Translations under genes and position numbers: made by a program | Origin: Octopus sinensis | Taxonomy: Eukaryota | DNA length: 64,000 nucleotides | Direction of reading: 5' to 3' | Assembly (NCBI RefSeq): GCF_006345805.1 | Contig: NC_043013.1 | Coordinates: 43,896,001-43,960,000, forward strand | Notes under the pieces: model-generated | What the model was told of the DNA's origin: nothing | Database searches by the model: none | The model's input: the letters and a program-made list of their open reading frames with translations, nothing else | Shown: piece by piece, positions 24,826 to 37,369 of the stretch | How positions within the stretch are numbered: position 1 is the stretch's first letter | How the letters are laid out: the number at the start of each line of letters is the position of its first letter

Positions 24826-26520
24826 TCTATATATATATATAAAACAAAGGATGTCTGTGTGTGTATGTGTAATATGTATACATTTCTACAGTTTTCAACC
24901 GATTTTCACCAAACTTTACACACACACTACTTATGTGCCATGGATGGTCATGCGCTATAACATTTTGCCTTGAGCTCCCGTGTAATGTGGCAAACGAGCC
25001 ATGAAAAATGTTTTTCACATGGGGCTTTCTCAAAAAAACTGCAGTTTTGAAGCGATTCTCTCTCTCTTCTCTCTCTCTATCTCTTTTTCTTTTTCACATA
25101 TACAGATATCTGTTTCTTTCACTCACTTTCTCTCTCTCTCTCTCTCACTGAAAATTGACTTCAGTGTATTTCAATTTTGTCATGCATAAATATCTTTATC
25201 TTCACGCTATTTGGACATACTCCCTACAACATTACTTTACTTATTTTAAATTTTCTACATTCCATCTATTTAAATACACTATTTACATTTCTCCCTCTAT
25301 AGAAAACTGTTGTATAATACTGCTTCACTTTTATTCTTTCACTTTTGTATGTGTGTGTGTGTGTTTGCCTGTTCGATGTGTATGAGATAGTAAAGGACAT
25401 TATTAAACACACACATCTACACATACATATACACATGTGATGACTGACATGTGTGAATGTATGTCTGTATGTGTGCGTATTCTCACATTTTTTTATATAA
25501 ATATGCATGTGCCTGTGAGTGTATGTGTTTGCATGCCTGATACCTATGTTATTAAACATACACATACATCTACACAAACTCTTGAAAAAACAGTTACGTG
25601 GAAGGTCCAAGTTATATAAAAATACACATCTACCATTCCATTAACAGTTCATAATTATCGCAACAGTTGCAAGGTATTTACAATTTCCTTATATTTGGGT
25701 ACTTTACACTACATCAAAAAATATAGACATACTACATACATGCAACTGCTTACAAAAATAGAGATTAATGTATATTTTTTATACGTACATAATATTTTGT
25801 TTAAAATATTGAAAAAAAATATGCCACTAAAGGGAAAATGTAATCTCTCCAGAAACACGTATGAAGTAAGGAGTGCAGAAAACCCGAAGGCAAGAGTCTC
25901 AAGGGATAAGGGACATCAGACTTTCTCAACATCAGCAAAGGCGTGCTGCCGCACGTCAGCATGTCCAAAGATCACTAAATGCATGCCACAGCATGTCAAA
26001 TATAGTCTCAAGAGAGAAGGGAGAGGAGACTTTCTCAACATCAGCAAAAGCATGCTGAAGCTCATCTGATGGAGTCCCAAGAGAGAAGGGAGATGAGGCT
26101 TTCCTAAGATCACCAAAAGCATGCAGCAGCACATCAAATTGAGTCTCAAGACAGAAGGGAGAGGAGACTTTCTCAACATCAGCAAAAGCATGCTGAAGTT
26201 CATCTGATGGAGTCCCAAGAGAGAAGGGAGATGAGGCTTTCCCATGATCACATCAAACTGAGTCTCAAGACAGAAGGGAGATGAGACTTTTTCAAGATCA
26301 GTAAATGCATGCTGCAGCACTTAATGCTGAATCATTAAAACAACATTTAGCATCATTTAGCATGCCAGATTACACAGCGGTCCAATAGAATAGCTTTGTT
26401 CTTCACAACACCTGCAGCTGTTTTCGGATATGATCCATGCCATCCTTATAAAAATGGTAATTCTGTCCAAATTGGTGTACTTAACTCAAATTGTCATTTA
26501 TGCAAAGCATAAACATTTAC
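24826..26520 (+). mobile_element. Helitron 5' part with decayed RepHel N-terminus (25821-26512) containing 23-aa repeats
   Basis: A|TCTATATATATATATAAAAC..GATGTCTGTGTG 5' end; MPLKGKCNLSRNT, repeats ESQERRERRLSQHQQKHAEAHLM, then AAVFGYDP...VQIGVLNSNCH.CKA, matching the AF.YDP...IG.M...C..C.A motif of Helitron proteins. Confidence 0.78.
26003..26330 (+). repeat. 69-bp tandem repeat (alternating A/B units, 138-bp dimer) inside the Helitron ORF
   Basis: Units start at 26003, 26072, 26141 and 26210, with a shortened fifth unit; a related unit starts at 25894. Confidence 0.9.
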
Positions 26521-26587
26521 CTGACAAATGTTTTGTCATCAATGCAGCCCTTTCCTGTTTCACCTGTTTCAACATGAATTTAATATA

Positions 26588-27090
26588 CAGGGGTTGGACA
26601 AAATAACGGAAACACCTTAAAATTTCAAGTAAATTTATTTTAATATGGCGTAGGACCACCTTTGGCAGTAATTACAGCTTGAATTCTATGAGGTATGGAC
26701 TTGTACAAAGTTTGAATTGTTTCCAAAGGAATTTTTGTCCATTCTTCAGCTAAAACAGCCTCCAGTTCTTGTAGGATATCGACTCCTTACTTGTTTTTCT
26801 AAAATGCACCATAAATGTTCAATAATATTGAGATCTGGGGACTGTGGTGGCCAGATAAGATGTTCAACTTCACTAGAATGTTCCTCGTACCATTCAGTAA
26901 CAACTTTAGCTGTATGAGTTGATGCATTATCATCCTGAAAGATTGCATTTCCCTCCGGAAACAGTTCTGCAACCATAGGATGAATTTGATCAGATAAAAT
27001 GCTTAAATAGTCTTGACTATTAATTCTGCCATGAAGGGAAACCATTAGGCCAGTGGATTTCCAAGATATAGCCCCCACCCATCATCACAG
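26588..27090 (-). mobile_element. Tc1-like transposon 3' half with TIR; catalytic D36E spacing
   Basis: TA|CAGGGGTTGGACAAAATAACGGAAACACC terminus; ORF 26746-27078 with FQDDNASTHTAKVVTEWYEEHSSEVEHLIWPPQSPDLNIIEHLW. Confidence 0.9.
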
Positions 27091-27099
27091 ATCCTCTGC

Positions 27100-27350
27100 A
27101 CTGTCCTTAGATTGGCATCCAAACACTCTGAAATGTTTGTATTGGAGCTCCTGGCAAGAATACCAAAGCAGTACAGCATGTCATTTCCAAATTTCTAGCA
27201 AACTGAATTGCATCATGCTACTGGTTTCCTCACATATGGTGCCCAACTGACCCTACTATGTTGTGTGCTTGACAAAATCAAAAATAAACAATGTGCATGC
27301 GCAAAATTAAAAATATAAAATAGCGACAATTTACCCATCACACCCTGGAT
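27100..27350. mobile_element. Probable end fragment of another Tc1/mariner element
   Basis: Reverse complement begins cagggtgtgatgggtaaattgtcgc near TA; the partner end is not seen. Confidence 0.45.
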
Positions 27351-27401
27351 ATATGACTAAGAAGATCTGTAGTGAAAGAGATCTCAATCATCTGTAATCA
27401 A

Positions 27402-27454
<53 letters not shown>

Positions 27455-27767
27455 AATTCTTTGTCTCCATCCAACCAAAAATAAAATCTCCTCCCACTGA
27501 CAGATCTAAAGAACTAAATGATGAAATCTACAGTCAGAGAGTGGATATACTACTACCATGTTCTTAAGAATGAAATCAACCTCTCTGTTTATATATCTAC
27601 CCTCTTTATAATGTTGGCAAATGAAATATGGATAAGAATGTGCATTGTCCGTTTGATTGGAAAATTCTATAAGTGGCTGAAGATTGCTCGACATTTAAAA
27701 ACTGATGTAATACTTACAGTGTTTAATAAGATGAAGTAGCATGAAACAATTGTACTTGCTTATTTTG

Positions 27768-27981
27768 ATCATCATCATCATCATCATCATTTAGCGTCCA
27801 CTTTCCATGCTAGTATGGGTTGGACGGTTCAACTGGGGTCTGGGAAGCCAGAAGGCTGCATCAGGCCCAGTCTGATCTGACAATGTTTCTACAGCTTGAT
27901 GCCCTTCCTAATGCCAACCACTCCTTGAGTGTGGTGGGTGCTTTTTTACGTGCCACCGGCACAGGTGCCAGACGGGGCTGG

Positions 27982-27984
<3 letters not shown>
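27768..27984 (-). mobile_element. RTE 3' UTR copy
   Basis: Same tail and UTR as 15958-16300. Confidence 0.85.
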
Positions 27985-28015
<31 letters not shown>

Positions 28016-28264
28016 TAAAAGGGTTTAATAAATCCAGGCAGATGCCAATTAAATAATCAGCGTTAAAGGAATTTGGTTAATTATATCAAACAATCAGATA
28101 CCAATAAATGTAAGTGGAATTAACATCCAAGGTAATTCCTCATGCATGGCAAGTAAATCCAAATATCATTCAGAAGAATTTCAAGAAATTCTGAGTATAA
28201 GCCAAGAGTAAGAATGGAGAAAACCACATCATTAATTGATGATTACACCATACATTACTGACAG

Positions 28265-28672
28265 TGGGCGTCAGAGTGGCTGTGTGGTAAGTAGCTTGCT
28301 TACCAACCACATGGTTCCGGGTTCAGTCCCACTGCGTGGCACCTTGGGCAAGTGTCTTCTACTATAGCCTTGGGCTGACCAAAGCCTTGTGAGTGGATTT
28401 GGTAGACGGAAACTGAAAGAAGCCCAGTGTATATATATGTGTGTGTGTGTGGTTGTGTATATGTTTGTGTGTCTGTGTTTGTCCCCCCAACATCGCTTGA
28501 CAACCGATGCTGGCATGGTTACGTCCCCGTAACTTAGAGGTTCGGCAAAAGAGACCAATAGAATATGTACTAGGCCTACGAAGAATAAGTCCTGGGGTCG
28601 ATTTTTCCTCGACTAAAAGGCGGTGCTCCAGCATGGCCACAGTGAAATGACTGAAACAAGTAAAAGAGTAAT
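28265..28672 (+). mobile_element. Full-length CORE-type SINE-A
   Basis: Complete match to group A. Confidence 0.9.
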
Positions 28673-29299
28673 TGTTTCTACTCTTGCAGCATATTTAGAT
28701 ACAGAAAAAGGAGTAAAATACCAATCAAACTGATATATATGAAAAAATTATGCTAACATAACATTATAAAGACAATCCATACAAATATAATAGCTTATGG
28801 CTTGGTCAGAAGGCAGGGTAACATCCAAAGCTGCTTTTAAGAGCCAAGCGTGACATTAAAACAAGTGATGTGCAAAGTTTACATTCCAAGAAAAAAAAAA
28901 GTTTCTGCAGAAGGATTCCGTACAGTTTCCATTTGATATATTTCATTCACAAAGCAACTGACGGTTATGATAACGGACACTTGTTTATGACACTGTGCTG
29001 TGGGATTGAACTTAAAACTATAGGTTTGCAAAATGAACTTCTTAACCATACAGCCATACTTACACCACTATGTTTGCGTGTGTGCATGTGTGCGTGTATT
29101 TATGTGTGTGATTGTATGAGGTGTCCTTGATTCTGTACCCGAGAAGATGCACTGAATAACTATGGTGTCTGGTCTAGATTATTTTTTGCTATGGGGAATG
29201 AAAGTCACAGATATGGCAGATATGGTTGTGTATAAAGCAACCAGTGTATGTCTCTAAGTGCGTGCACGCATGCATGAATGTGTGTGTGTGTGTGTGAGC

Positions 29300-29425
29300 A
29301 CATGTTTGTGTGAGTAAATGCTAACTGCTGCTATTTTAAACATGCCTATTTATACATATTACATATACATGTGTATGTGTGTGCACATGTACACATACAA
29401 TATATATATACATATACATACACAC

Positions 29426-29475
<50 letters not shown>

Positions 29476-29622
29476 TATATATATATACACATACAATATA
29501 TATATATATAAATATAGACACACAATATATATATATATAAATATATACACACACAATATATATATATAAAGATACACACACACACACACACAAATACATA
29601 CACACATACACAATATATATAT
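29300..29622. repeat. Compound (TA)n/(CA)n microsatellite
   Basis: Directly visible; source of five overlapping spurious ORFs. Confidence 0.95.
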
Positions 29623-30049
29623 CAGGATGTCCTGTTGTCATTCAGCTTCAGTTGCACCCCTGTACCCCTATCTCCGACAACACGCAAACACATCAACTGG
29701 GTAGTTGCGGGGATTTTTTTTTTTTTTTTCCACTCAGAAATACTTTAGATTAAGTCTTTCAAACTAGGTCACATTTCATTCTGTTATTTTCTATCTTTTG
29801 TACTTTTGTTTATTATAATCATGTTAGTTTATTTGTTTGCTTATAAATTTATAAATTATTTCAATGGGAAAGTTGTGTTTGTAATGCTGCTGTTGTTGCT
29901 TGGAAGGTCCCAGTTCAGCCCTTTCGAAGTAAATTCTATAATGAAAGGTGTTACAATGATGATTCTCCTGTTTTAAAAAAATTTTTTCTGTATATCAGAC
30001 ACTTTGTGGTCTAAAGCACTCTTTTTAGAGTTGGTATGGTGTGATTTAA

Positions 30050-30269
30050 CCCTTTCATTACTATATCTATTTTGAGATGCTCTGTGTTTCTTTCAATTAT
30101 TTTAAATATAACAAATAATTTAGTAAAATAACTTAGTTGTCATTAAGCTAGTGTTAGGAAAGTAAATTGTGACTAAGGTTTGGTAGAAGATTTTAATTCA
30201 AAACTTATGAAAACAAGACATTTTACCACAGAGCCAGAGCCGGTTTTGGCCAGGTTGGTATCAAAAGGG
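30050..30269 (+). mobile_element. 220-bp piggyBac-type MITE (family 1)
   Basis: TTAA|CCCTTTCATTAC ... GTATCAAAAGGG|TTAA. Confidence 0.9.
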
Positions 30270-30823
30270 TTAAGTAAGATTTAGTTGCTGCTTCTAGTAT
30301 TGGCAGTGGTAGAATTTAGTAAGAGATGAGAGAATATTTATATAAGTTAATCAACTGCCAACTGTTAAGCATGATATGTAATGTAAGTATGTAGTGTGTG
30401 TGTGTGAGAATGTATATATGATTTTTTCTTGTAATTTGTCTATGTTCCTTACAGAATTCAAGTCAGTCAGCCACTAGGAAAGTGACAAAGATTCTCTGTT
30501 TGAATAAGACCATTCTTGAGATTTAATGAATGGCTGCATGCAAGTCAATGTCTGTTTATAAATATGTGTGTGTGTGTGTGCGTGTAGCTACATATGTGAA
30601 TATACTTGCACTTATATAAAGGGTGTATGTGTCTCTTTAGTACATGAGCATGTGTGATTACTTTTTTAAGGCAATTGTGCATGTGTACACCATATGCATG
30701 TATGTAATTGCTTGAATATGTTCACTCCAGAATATCTAAATGTGGAAGCTCTGGAATGCTTTACAAATATTCACTGTAGCTCTAATCAACTAAGTTTGGA
30801 AAATCTGTTTTTTTCTCTAACAG

Positions 30824-30911
30824 AAACCCCATCATTCCCAGGTCTTTATGGAAATGTTTAGTAACATAATGCACCGCAGTTATGGTAACTACAAATTAGA
30901 ATACAAGAACT
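30824..30911 (+). CDS. Candidate internal exon of an unidentified gene (KPHHSQVFMEMFSNIMHRSYGNYKLEYKN)
   Basis: Acceptor tctgtttttttctctaacAG, donor ct|GTAAGT, one open frame of three, non-repetitive within the window. Peptide not recognised. Confidence 0.35.
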
Positions 30912-31004
30912 GTAAGTTCCACTTTCTACCACAAGGTCCATTCCTTGTTGCTGTGTGGTGGCTTCCTTGTGCCCCTCTCATTGCACTTCATTGGTTATTA
31001 TGTT

Positions 31005-31828
31005 GAGGGTTCCAGTTGACCTGCTCGACAGAACAGCCTGTTTGTGAAATTATCATGCAAGAGGCTGAGCACTCCACAGACACATGTACCCTTAACATAG
31101 TTCTCAAGGACATTCAGCATGACACAGAAAAAGTCAAGGCTGACCCTTTGAAATACAGGTACAACTCATTTTTGCCAGCCTCTTTGACCTTGAAAAATAT
31201 GCCAACAGAATATAGACGCAGGAGTGGCTCTGGGATAAGTAGCTTGCTTACCAACCACATGGTTCTGGGTTCAGTCCCACTGCATGGCACTTTGGGCAAG
31301 TGTCTTCTACTATAGCCTCGGGCCGACCAAAGCCTTGTGAGTGGATTTGGTAGACGGAAACTGAAAGAAGCCTGTCGTGTATATGTATATATATATATAT
31401 ATGTGTGTGTTTGTGTGTCTGTGTTTGTCCCCCCAACATCGCTTGACAACTGATGCTGGTGTGTTTATGGCCCCCGTAACTTAGCGGTTCGGCAAAAGTG
31501 ACCGATAGAATAAGTACTAGGCTTACAAAGAATAAGTCCTGGGGTTGATTTGCTCGACTAAAGGCGGTGCTCCAGCATGGCAGTCAATTGGCGTATCAAA
31601 TTTCAGGCATTTTGATTGGGTTTTGGATAGAAAATTCACAAAAAAAGTCACTTCTATTGATTTTTTAATGGCTTTGCAGGCTGACTGGAGAAATGTAAAG
31701 ATGTGCACGACAACCCTTGGATGGTTTTGAATGACCATAGAAAGTGCGAGCCCTCTAACTAAAAAATTGTGGTTTTGTATAAAGGACACACACACAGACA
31801 GACATTTTGCCATTTAAATAAAGAAAGA
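31005..31828. mobile_element. SINE-C 3' part (-, 31005-31205), SINE-A (+, 31213-31585) and Helitron 5' fragment (-, 31590-31828)
   Basis: SINE-C part matches 48620-48780; the minus strand at 31828 starts a|tctttctttatttaaatggcaaaatgtctgtctgtg, a Helitron-like 5' end. Confidence 0.65.
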
Positions 31829-32113
31829 TTATATACATTTCCTCAAGAAATATCCACACTAAGGCATTAAAATAGTGCTATCCTGTACCAGACAGTCTTC
31901 ACACAGTATGCTTGGTCGGAAGGATTTGTTTGGCTAGGCTGAGTATAAGTGTAGTATGTTTGCTGCAAAAGAAATATTTTCATAATTCCATGTCCCACTA
32001 AAAACAAAAAAAGAAACTTTGGATCCCATGCTCCACCACAATTTTCCCCAGGTACCACCAGTGGAGCAATATGCCCCACATAGGGAATCACTGCTCTAGA
32101 TTATTCATTATGG

Positions 32114-32417
32114 TGGAGGCACATGGCCTAGTGGTTAGAGCAGCAGACTCGCGGTCGAGGGATCACGGGTTCGAATCTCAGACCGGACGATGTGTGTGTT
32201 TATGAGCGAAACACCTAAGCTCCACGCGGCTCTGGCAGAAGGTAATGTCGAAACTTCTGCTGACTCTTCCGCCACAACTTTCTCTCACTCTTTCCTCCTG
32301 CATTTTGCAGCTCACCTGCAACAGACCGGTGTCCCGTCTAGGTGGGGAACCTATACGCCAAGAAACCGGGAAACCGGCCCTTATGAGGCAGGCATGGCTC
32401 GAGAAGGAACAAACAAC
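32114..32417 (+). mobile_element. Full-length tRNA-headed SINE-D with perfect 14-bp TSD
   Basis: attattcattatgg at 32100-32113 and 32418-32431; A-box tggcctagtgg and B-box ggttcgaatc. Confidence 0.92.
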
Positions 32418-33283
32418 ATTATTCATTATGGAAGAAAACAGTACTTGATAGAAAGGAGGGAATCCCAACGAAACTGTATCAAGCATGAACAGTTCATGAA
32501 AGATATTTGGAAGGGTCTTTGATGTCAATTTGCTTGAGTATGTTAGGGCATCCCAGTTTAACATGTGACGAGTGTTGTTGGCCTGTTTGCCTAAGTAAGG
32601 CAAGCTTTAGAATCATACCCCCCACCACACACAGAGGGAAGTTGTTAATTATGCATTATACTAGCTGAATAGCCCATCACTGTCAGGTAATTTTTACAAT
32701 AGAATGTCTTATATAATTTTTTGTTTATTCCATGTCCAACCATGCCTTCCCTGACTGATAGATTTCTTGATCAGGACAGATTTGTACAATTTTACGTAAA
32801 AAACTTTGTTGAGGATTTTTTTTTTTCCTTTTTAAATTATTTACATGTCTGTTTGACCATTTCACATGATTTTATTCATTAAAACTTATGCCAGATTCCA
32901 AATCCTGTTTTCTGATTAGGTAAAATTAATTAAACTTTAAAACAAAATCGGATTTAATGTGTAAAATTATTTCAATATACAAAATTTGAAAATGTTGTGT
33001 GTGTGTGTACGTGTTTCATTAATTTTTATGTATGTATAGGTGTGTGTTTATCATATGCATATGTGATTATGTATGCATGTTCATATCAGAAAATACAAAT
33101 AATGAATTTGCATGTGTTTGTGTGAGTGAGAGAGAGAGGGGTGGTGGTGGTGGTGGTAGATCAGAATGTAAGCATGTATGAAAATACACATGTATGTAGG
33201 TGCATGTATATGTGTATGTATGTACAAGGTAGGTAGATATGTATGTAGGTGAATGTATATATGTATTTTGCATGTGTGTTGCA

Positions 33284-33314
<31 letters not shown>

Positions 33315-33824
33315 GTATACACACACACATGTATGTGTGTATATGTAAATTTGCATGCATATGTGCATTTATAGATATATATTATAAAACATATATCGGT
33401 ATATGTTATATACAGTACAAATATTATTTGATATAGAAATCAATACTTAAGAGTAATGCTGGAAGATATGATTTTTATATAAAACTGACAATTTGCTTGA
33501 GTTTCACCTTATGGCTGACTGCAAAGTGAAACTTGAGTACACTATCATATGTTGATATAATATATATATATTGCCGTGTCTGGGGGTGAGTCATACTGCC
33601 TTAATATCTAACACACTCACTGGTTCAATTTCTACTCATTTATTTTCCATTTTTTTATTTGTTTCTGGGTCTTCCAAAAATTTTTGTTGCTTTTGCAACC
33701 CAGACCTTTCACAATACCTTTAAAGCCAGGAAGTTTTCACCACTCCTTTGTATATATATACAAACACACACATATTTATGCATGCACACAAGGATGGTCA
33801 AGTGATAAATTCACATACTACAGG

Positions 33825-34236
33825 TGCACCATCCGAGCGTGATCGTTGCCAGAGCAGCTAACTGGCTTCCGTGCCAGTGGCACGTAAAAAGCACCATTCG
33901 AACATGATCGTTACCAGCATCACTTTACTGGCACCTGAAGAAACATTTGAGCAAGGTCATTGCCAGTGCCACTAGACTGGATCCTCTGCAGGTGGCACAT
34001 AAAAAGCACTATTTTAGCGTGGCCGTTGCCAGTACTGCCTGACTGGCCCTCGTACTGGTGGAACATAAAAGCACCCACTACACTCTCTGAGTGGTTGGCG
34101 TTAGGAAGAGCATCCAGCTGTAGAAACCCTGCCAGATCAAGATTGGAGCCTGGTGCAGCCATCTGGTTCTCCAGTCCTCAGTCAAATCGTCCAACTCATG
34201 CTAGCATGGAAAGTGGACATTAAATGATGATGATGA
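33825..34236 (+). mobile_element. RTE 3' UTR copy with a variant internal repeat array
   Basis: Several gtggcac(g/a)taaaa(a)gcac motifs, then ...catgctagcatggaaagtggacattaaatgatgatg. Confidence 0.8.
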
Positions 34237-34311
34237 TAATGATGACATACACACAAACATCTCTATCTACTTGCAAACATTCATACATACACACACAAGT
34301 ATGCACTCATC

Positions 34312-34778
34312 GATCATCATCATCATCATCATCATTTAACGTCCGCTTTCCATGCTAGCATGGGTTGGACGGTTCAACTGGGGTCTGGGGAGCCCGAAAG
34401 CTGCACCAGTCCAGTCAGATCTGGCAGTGTTTCTACAGCTGGATGCCCTTCCTAACGCCAACCACTCCGAGAGTGTAGTGGGTGATTTTATGTGCCACCG
34501 ACACAGGTGCCAGACGAGGCTGACAAACGGCCACGCTCGGATGGTGTTTTTATGTGCCACCGACACAGGTGCCAGACGAGGCTGGCAGACGGCCACGCTC
34601 GGATGGTGTTTTTATGTGCCACCGACACAGGTGCCAGACGAGGCTGGCAGACGGCCACGCTCGGATGGTGTTTTTATGTGCCACCGACACAGGTGCCAGA
34701 CGAGGCTGGCAGACGGCCACGCTCGGATGGTGTTTTTATGTGCCACCGACACAGGTGCCAGATGAGGCTGGCAAACGA
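34312..34778 (-). mobile_element. RTE 3' UTR copy containing a 62-bp minisatellite (about 4.7 units, 34487-34778)
   Basis: Units start at 34487, 34549, 34611, 34673 and 34735; units 2-4 are identical. Confidence 0.9.
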
Positions 34779-35284
34779 TATGTACATATATACATTGATA
34801 CATTCATGCATGCATGCATCCATGTATATGTATGCATATATGTTTGTATGTGTGTATGTATGTGCATGTATGTGCGTGCATGCACACACACTTATGCATA
34901 GATACAGTAAAAACCAAGTGATTAAGAATTTCACTTCGCAATCAGGAGATCTCTGGTTCAAGTCCTTGGAATGGTATCTTGGAGTAATTCCTTATTTTAG
35001 CCTCACTTAGGTCCAACCCCTTGCAAGTGAAAGTGGGTGGGTGTGTGGAAACTTAGAAACCTATTGTATGGACAGTAACTGTAATTTAAAGGGCCAACCT
35101 TGATACAAGCTCTGTCATGTTTTTGAATGATGTTTACATTAAGAGTTTACATATCTATGGGATATTCAACCATTTGTGTGATAATTCAATAAGTAGGCAG
35201 TCTAGCTGATTAAATATTTGTAACAATCCTTGGTAAACCAATGAATCTCTGTTTACATTTATGCATGTACACATATGTATATCA

Positions 35285-35580
35285 CCATGATCACTGTGAC
35301 CAACAAGGCTATTGGATGTTGCTACACATCGCTGGTCACAATGCGCTTCACATTGTTTTAGCCTTCAAATGACGCCACCCCGCTGGCTAAGTGAGCAGGC
35401 CAACAGAAGAAAGAGTGAGAGACAGTTGTGGTGAAAGAGTACAGCAGGGGTGGCCACCAGTCTCTGCTGGAGCCTCGTGGAGCTTTAGGTATTTTCGCTC
35501 AATAAACACTCACAACGCCCGGTCTGGGAATCAAAACCGCAAGTCTACTGCCCTAACCACTGGGCCATTGCGCCTCCACA
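35285..35580 (-). mobile_element. SINE-D variant with a different 3' tail
   Basis: Head ggaggcgcaatggcccagtggttaggg; body caccacaactgtctctcactctttc shared with 32114; cacatatgtat is duplicated in the flanks. Confidence 0.75.
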
Positions 35581-35597
35581 CATATGTATATATATAT

Positions 35598-35635
<38 letters not shown>

Positions 35636-35640
<5 letters not shown>

Positions 35641-35945
35641 GCCATTCGATTCACTTCAACATTTAAGTTTAATTTGTCAAAATATTTTCGTCACTTTGAG
35701 ACCGCGACCTGTTCACTGACAAAAATCCGTGCTGCATCTCAGCATGGACTTTTGTCAGCGAACAGGTCACGGTCTTATAGCGACGAAAATATTTTGATAA
35801 AATTAAACTTAAATGTTGAAGTGAATCGAACGGCTTTTATGTGTTTCTTAAATGGCTTACAAACACCTTCCACGCTGCAATTGTTTTCGTTTCAGCACAT
35901 GATCTCAGATCAAATCACTTGCTATGCAAGTACATCTCTGTAATA
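35636..35945. repeat. Penelope-like element with about 90-bp inverted arms
   Basis: aagccattcgattcacttcaacatttaagtttaattt / aaattaaacttaaatgttgaagtgaatcgaacggctt. Confidence 0.8.
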
Positions 35946-37369
35946 TATATATATGTGTGTGTGTGTGATGTATATATGTATCTGGGTATTCATATTCATA
36001 TGCATGTATATAAGTATACATGTATGTATGTAAGTATACATTTATATACATATGCATCATGTATATATATGTATGTGTGCATGTATGTAAGTGCAAAATA
36101 GAGAATTTGTGACTGGCATGGTTTACATGAGCAAGAAAATGCATCAGTAACAAACAGATGGCAACCACAGTGAGCTGGAGTATCTATGACTGCTGCCATA
36201 TGTTGACAAGAGTGAACCATGAAGCATTGACATACGGTGAGAATAGGGATGTGGGACCATATATGAATGACGAATGGTGACAACAAAGAGTATCAGATTA
36301 ACATATGGTGATGAGAGCAAGGTGGAGAAAAACAGCTGCGATAAGGAGGGGTGGAGTGAAGTATCTGTGACTGAAATATGACAACGAGAAGAATGTGCAT
36401 CTGTGATTGATATATGGTGGATGAATGGAAAACAGCACGGCCGAGTGATTGAGAAGTTTATTTCATAATCAGGTTTTAGGGCTGGTCCCACAACATGGCG
36501 TCTCTGGGTAGGTAGATCAAAGCCTGGTGGGTGAAACTGGTCCCTTGGCCACTGGGAATAAGGTTGGACAATTGTTATTGAGTCAGAAAAACGTATCCCT
36601 GACTGTCTGACTGTCTTTGTTTCACTCATTGGGCTGTGGCCATGCTGGGGCACTGCTTTGAAGGGTTTAGTTGAATAAAACATCACCTGTACTTGTACTT
36701 GGTGTTTTTAAGTCTGGTAACATATTCTAACACTCTCTGCTGCTGAAATGCTAGGTTATGAGGATGTAAACAAACCAACACTGGTGGTCAAACTGTGAGG
36801 GACAACATCACACACACACACACAACAGGCTTCCATACAGTTTCCATCAGCTGAATTCATTCACAAGGCTTTGGTCGGTCCAGAGACAGAGTAGAAGACA
36901 CTTGCCCAAGGTGCTGTGCAGGGAGACTGGATTGTAAAGCCATGTGGATGCAAAGTGAACACACACACACACGCATGCACACGCGCACACATTCACACAT
37001 GCGCATACACACACGCATGTACACACACACACACACACACACACATGTGCCTCAACTTATATGCGTACCTACATGTTCTTTTCTATCTTTAGTCATTCTA
37101 GTTCTTCCTACTAAGAAAGAATTGGTTTTTGACAATTACTGGTATTTCCATAACAACAAGAACAAAACAGTAAACTTTAGAGAAGTCTTGCATATTTTTA
37201 CCATTCTGCTTACAAACAGATTAAATGTGTAGAGTGCAAGTTGGGTGAACATTTTCTTTGCTTTAAAACTCAAACTTTTCCAGACTGTCACTTAAACATT
37301 TGCAAACATAGTTAAGTGTATGTATGTAAAATATACATGTGTGTATTTTATTCTGGTATTCTTTTATTC

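Noticed and set aside
26003-26330. Second CRISPR-like array
   Set aside because: The period is 69 bp (23 codons) with a coding pattern; it is a peptide repeat in a Helitron ORF.
32114-32195. tRNA gene
   Set aside because: A/B boxes are present but there is no proper cloverleaf; it continues into a SINE body and is bounded by a TSD.
34487-34778. CRISPR-like regular array
   Set aside because: The 62-bp units are wholly repeated with no unique spacers, sit inside a LINE UTR, and there are no cas genes; the context is eukaryotic.
34352-35010. 137-172 aa repetitive ORFs
   Set aside because: These are translations of the 62-bp minisatellite and microsatellites; they are open in several frames and on both strands.
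35690-35810. Hammerhead in the 35636 and 10830 hairpin family
   Set aside because: A stem plus GAAA is present, but the core reads G(T/C)GAACA rather than CTGANGA in both copies, so I do not call it.
36144-36686. Longest ORF in the track (180 aa)
   Set aside because: It starts in a SINE-A tail, runs antisense through a decayed SINE head, and has no recognisable domain or splice signals.
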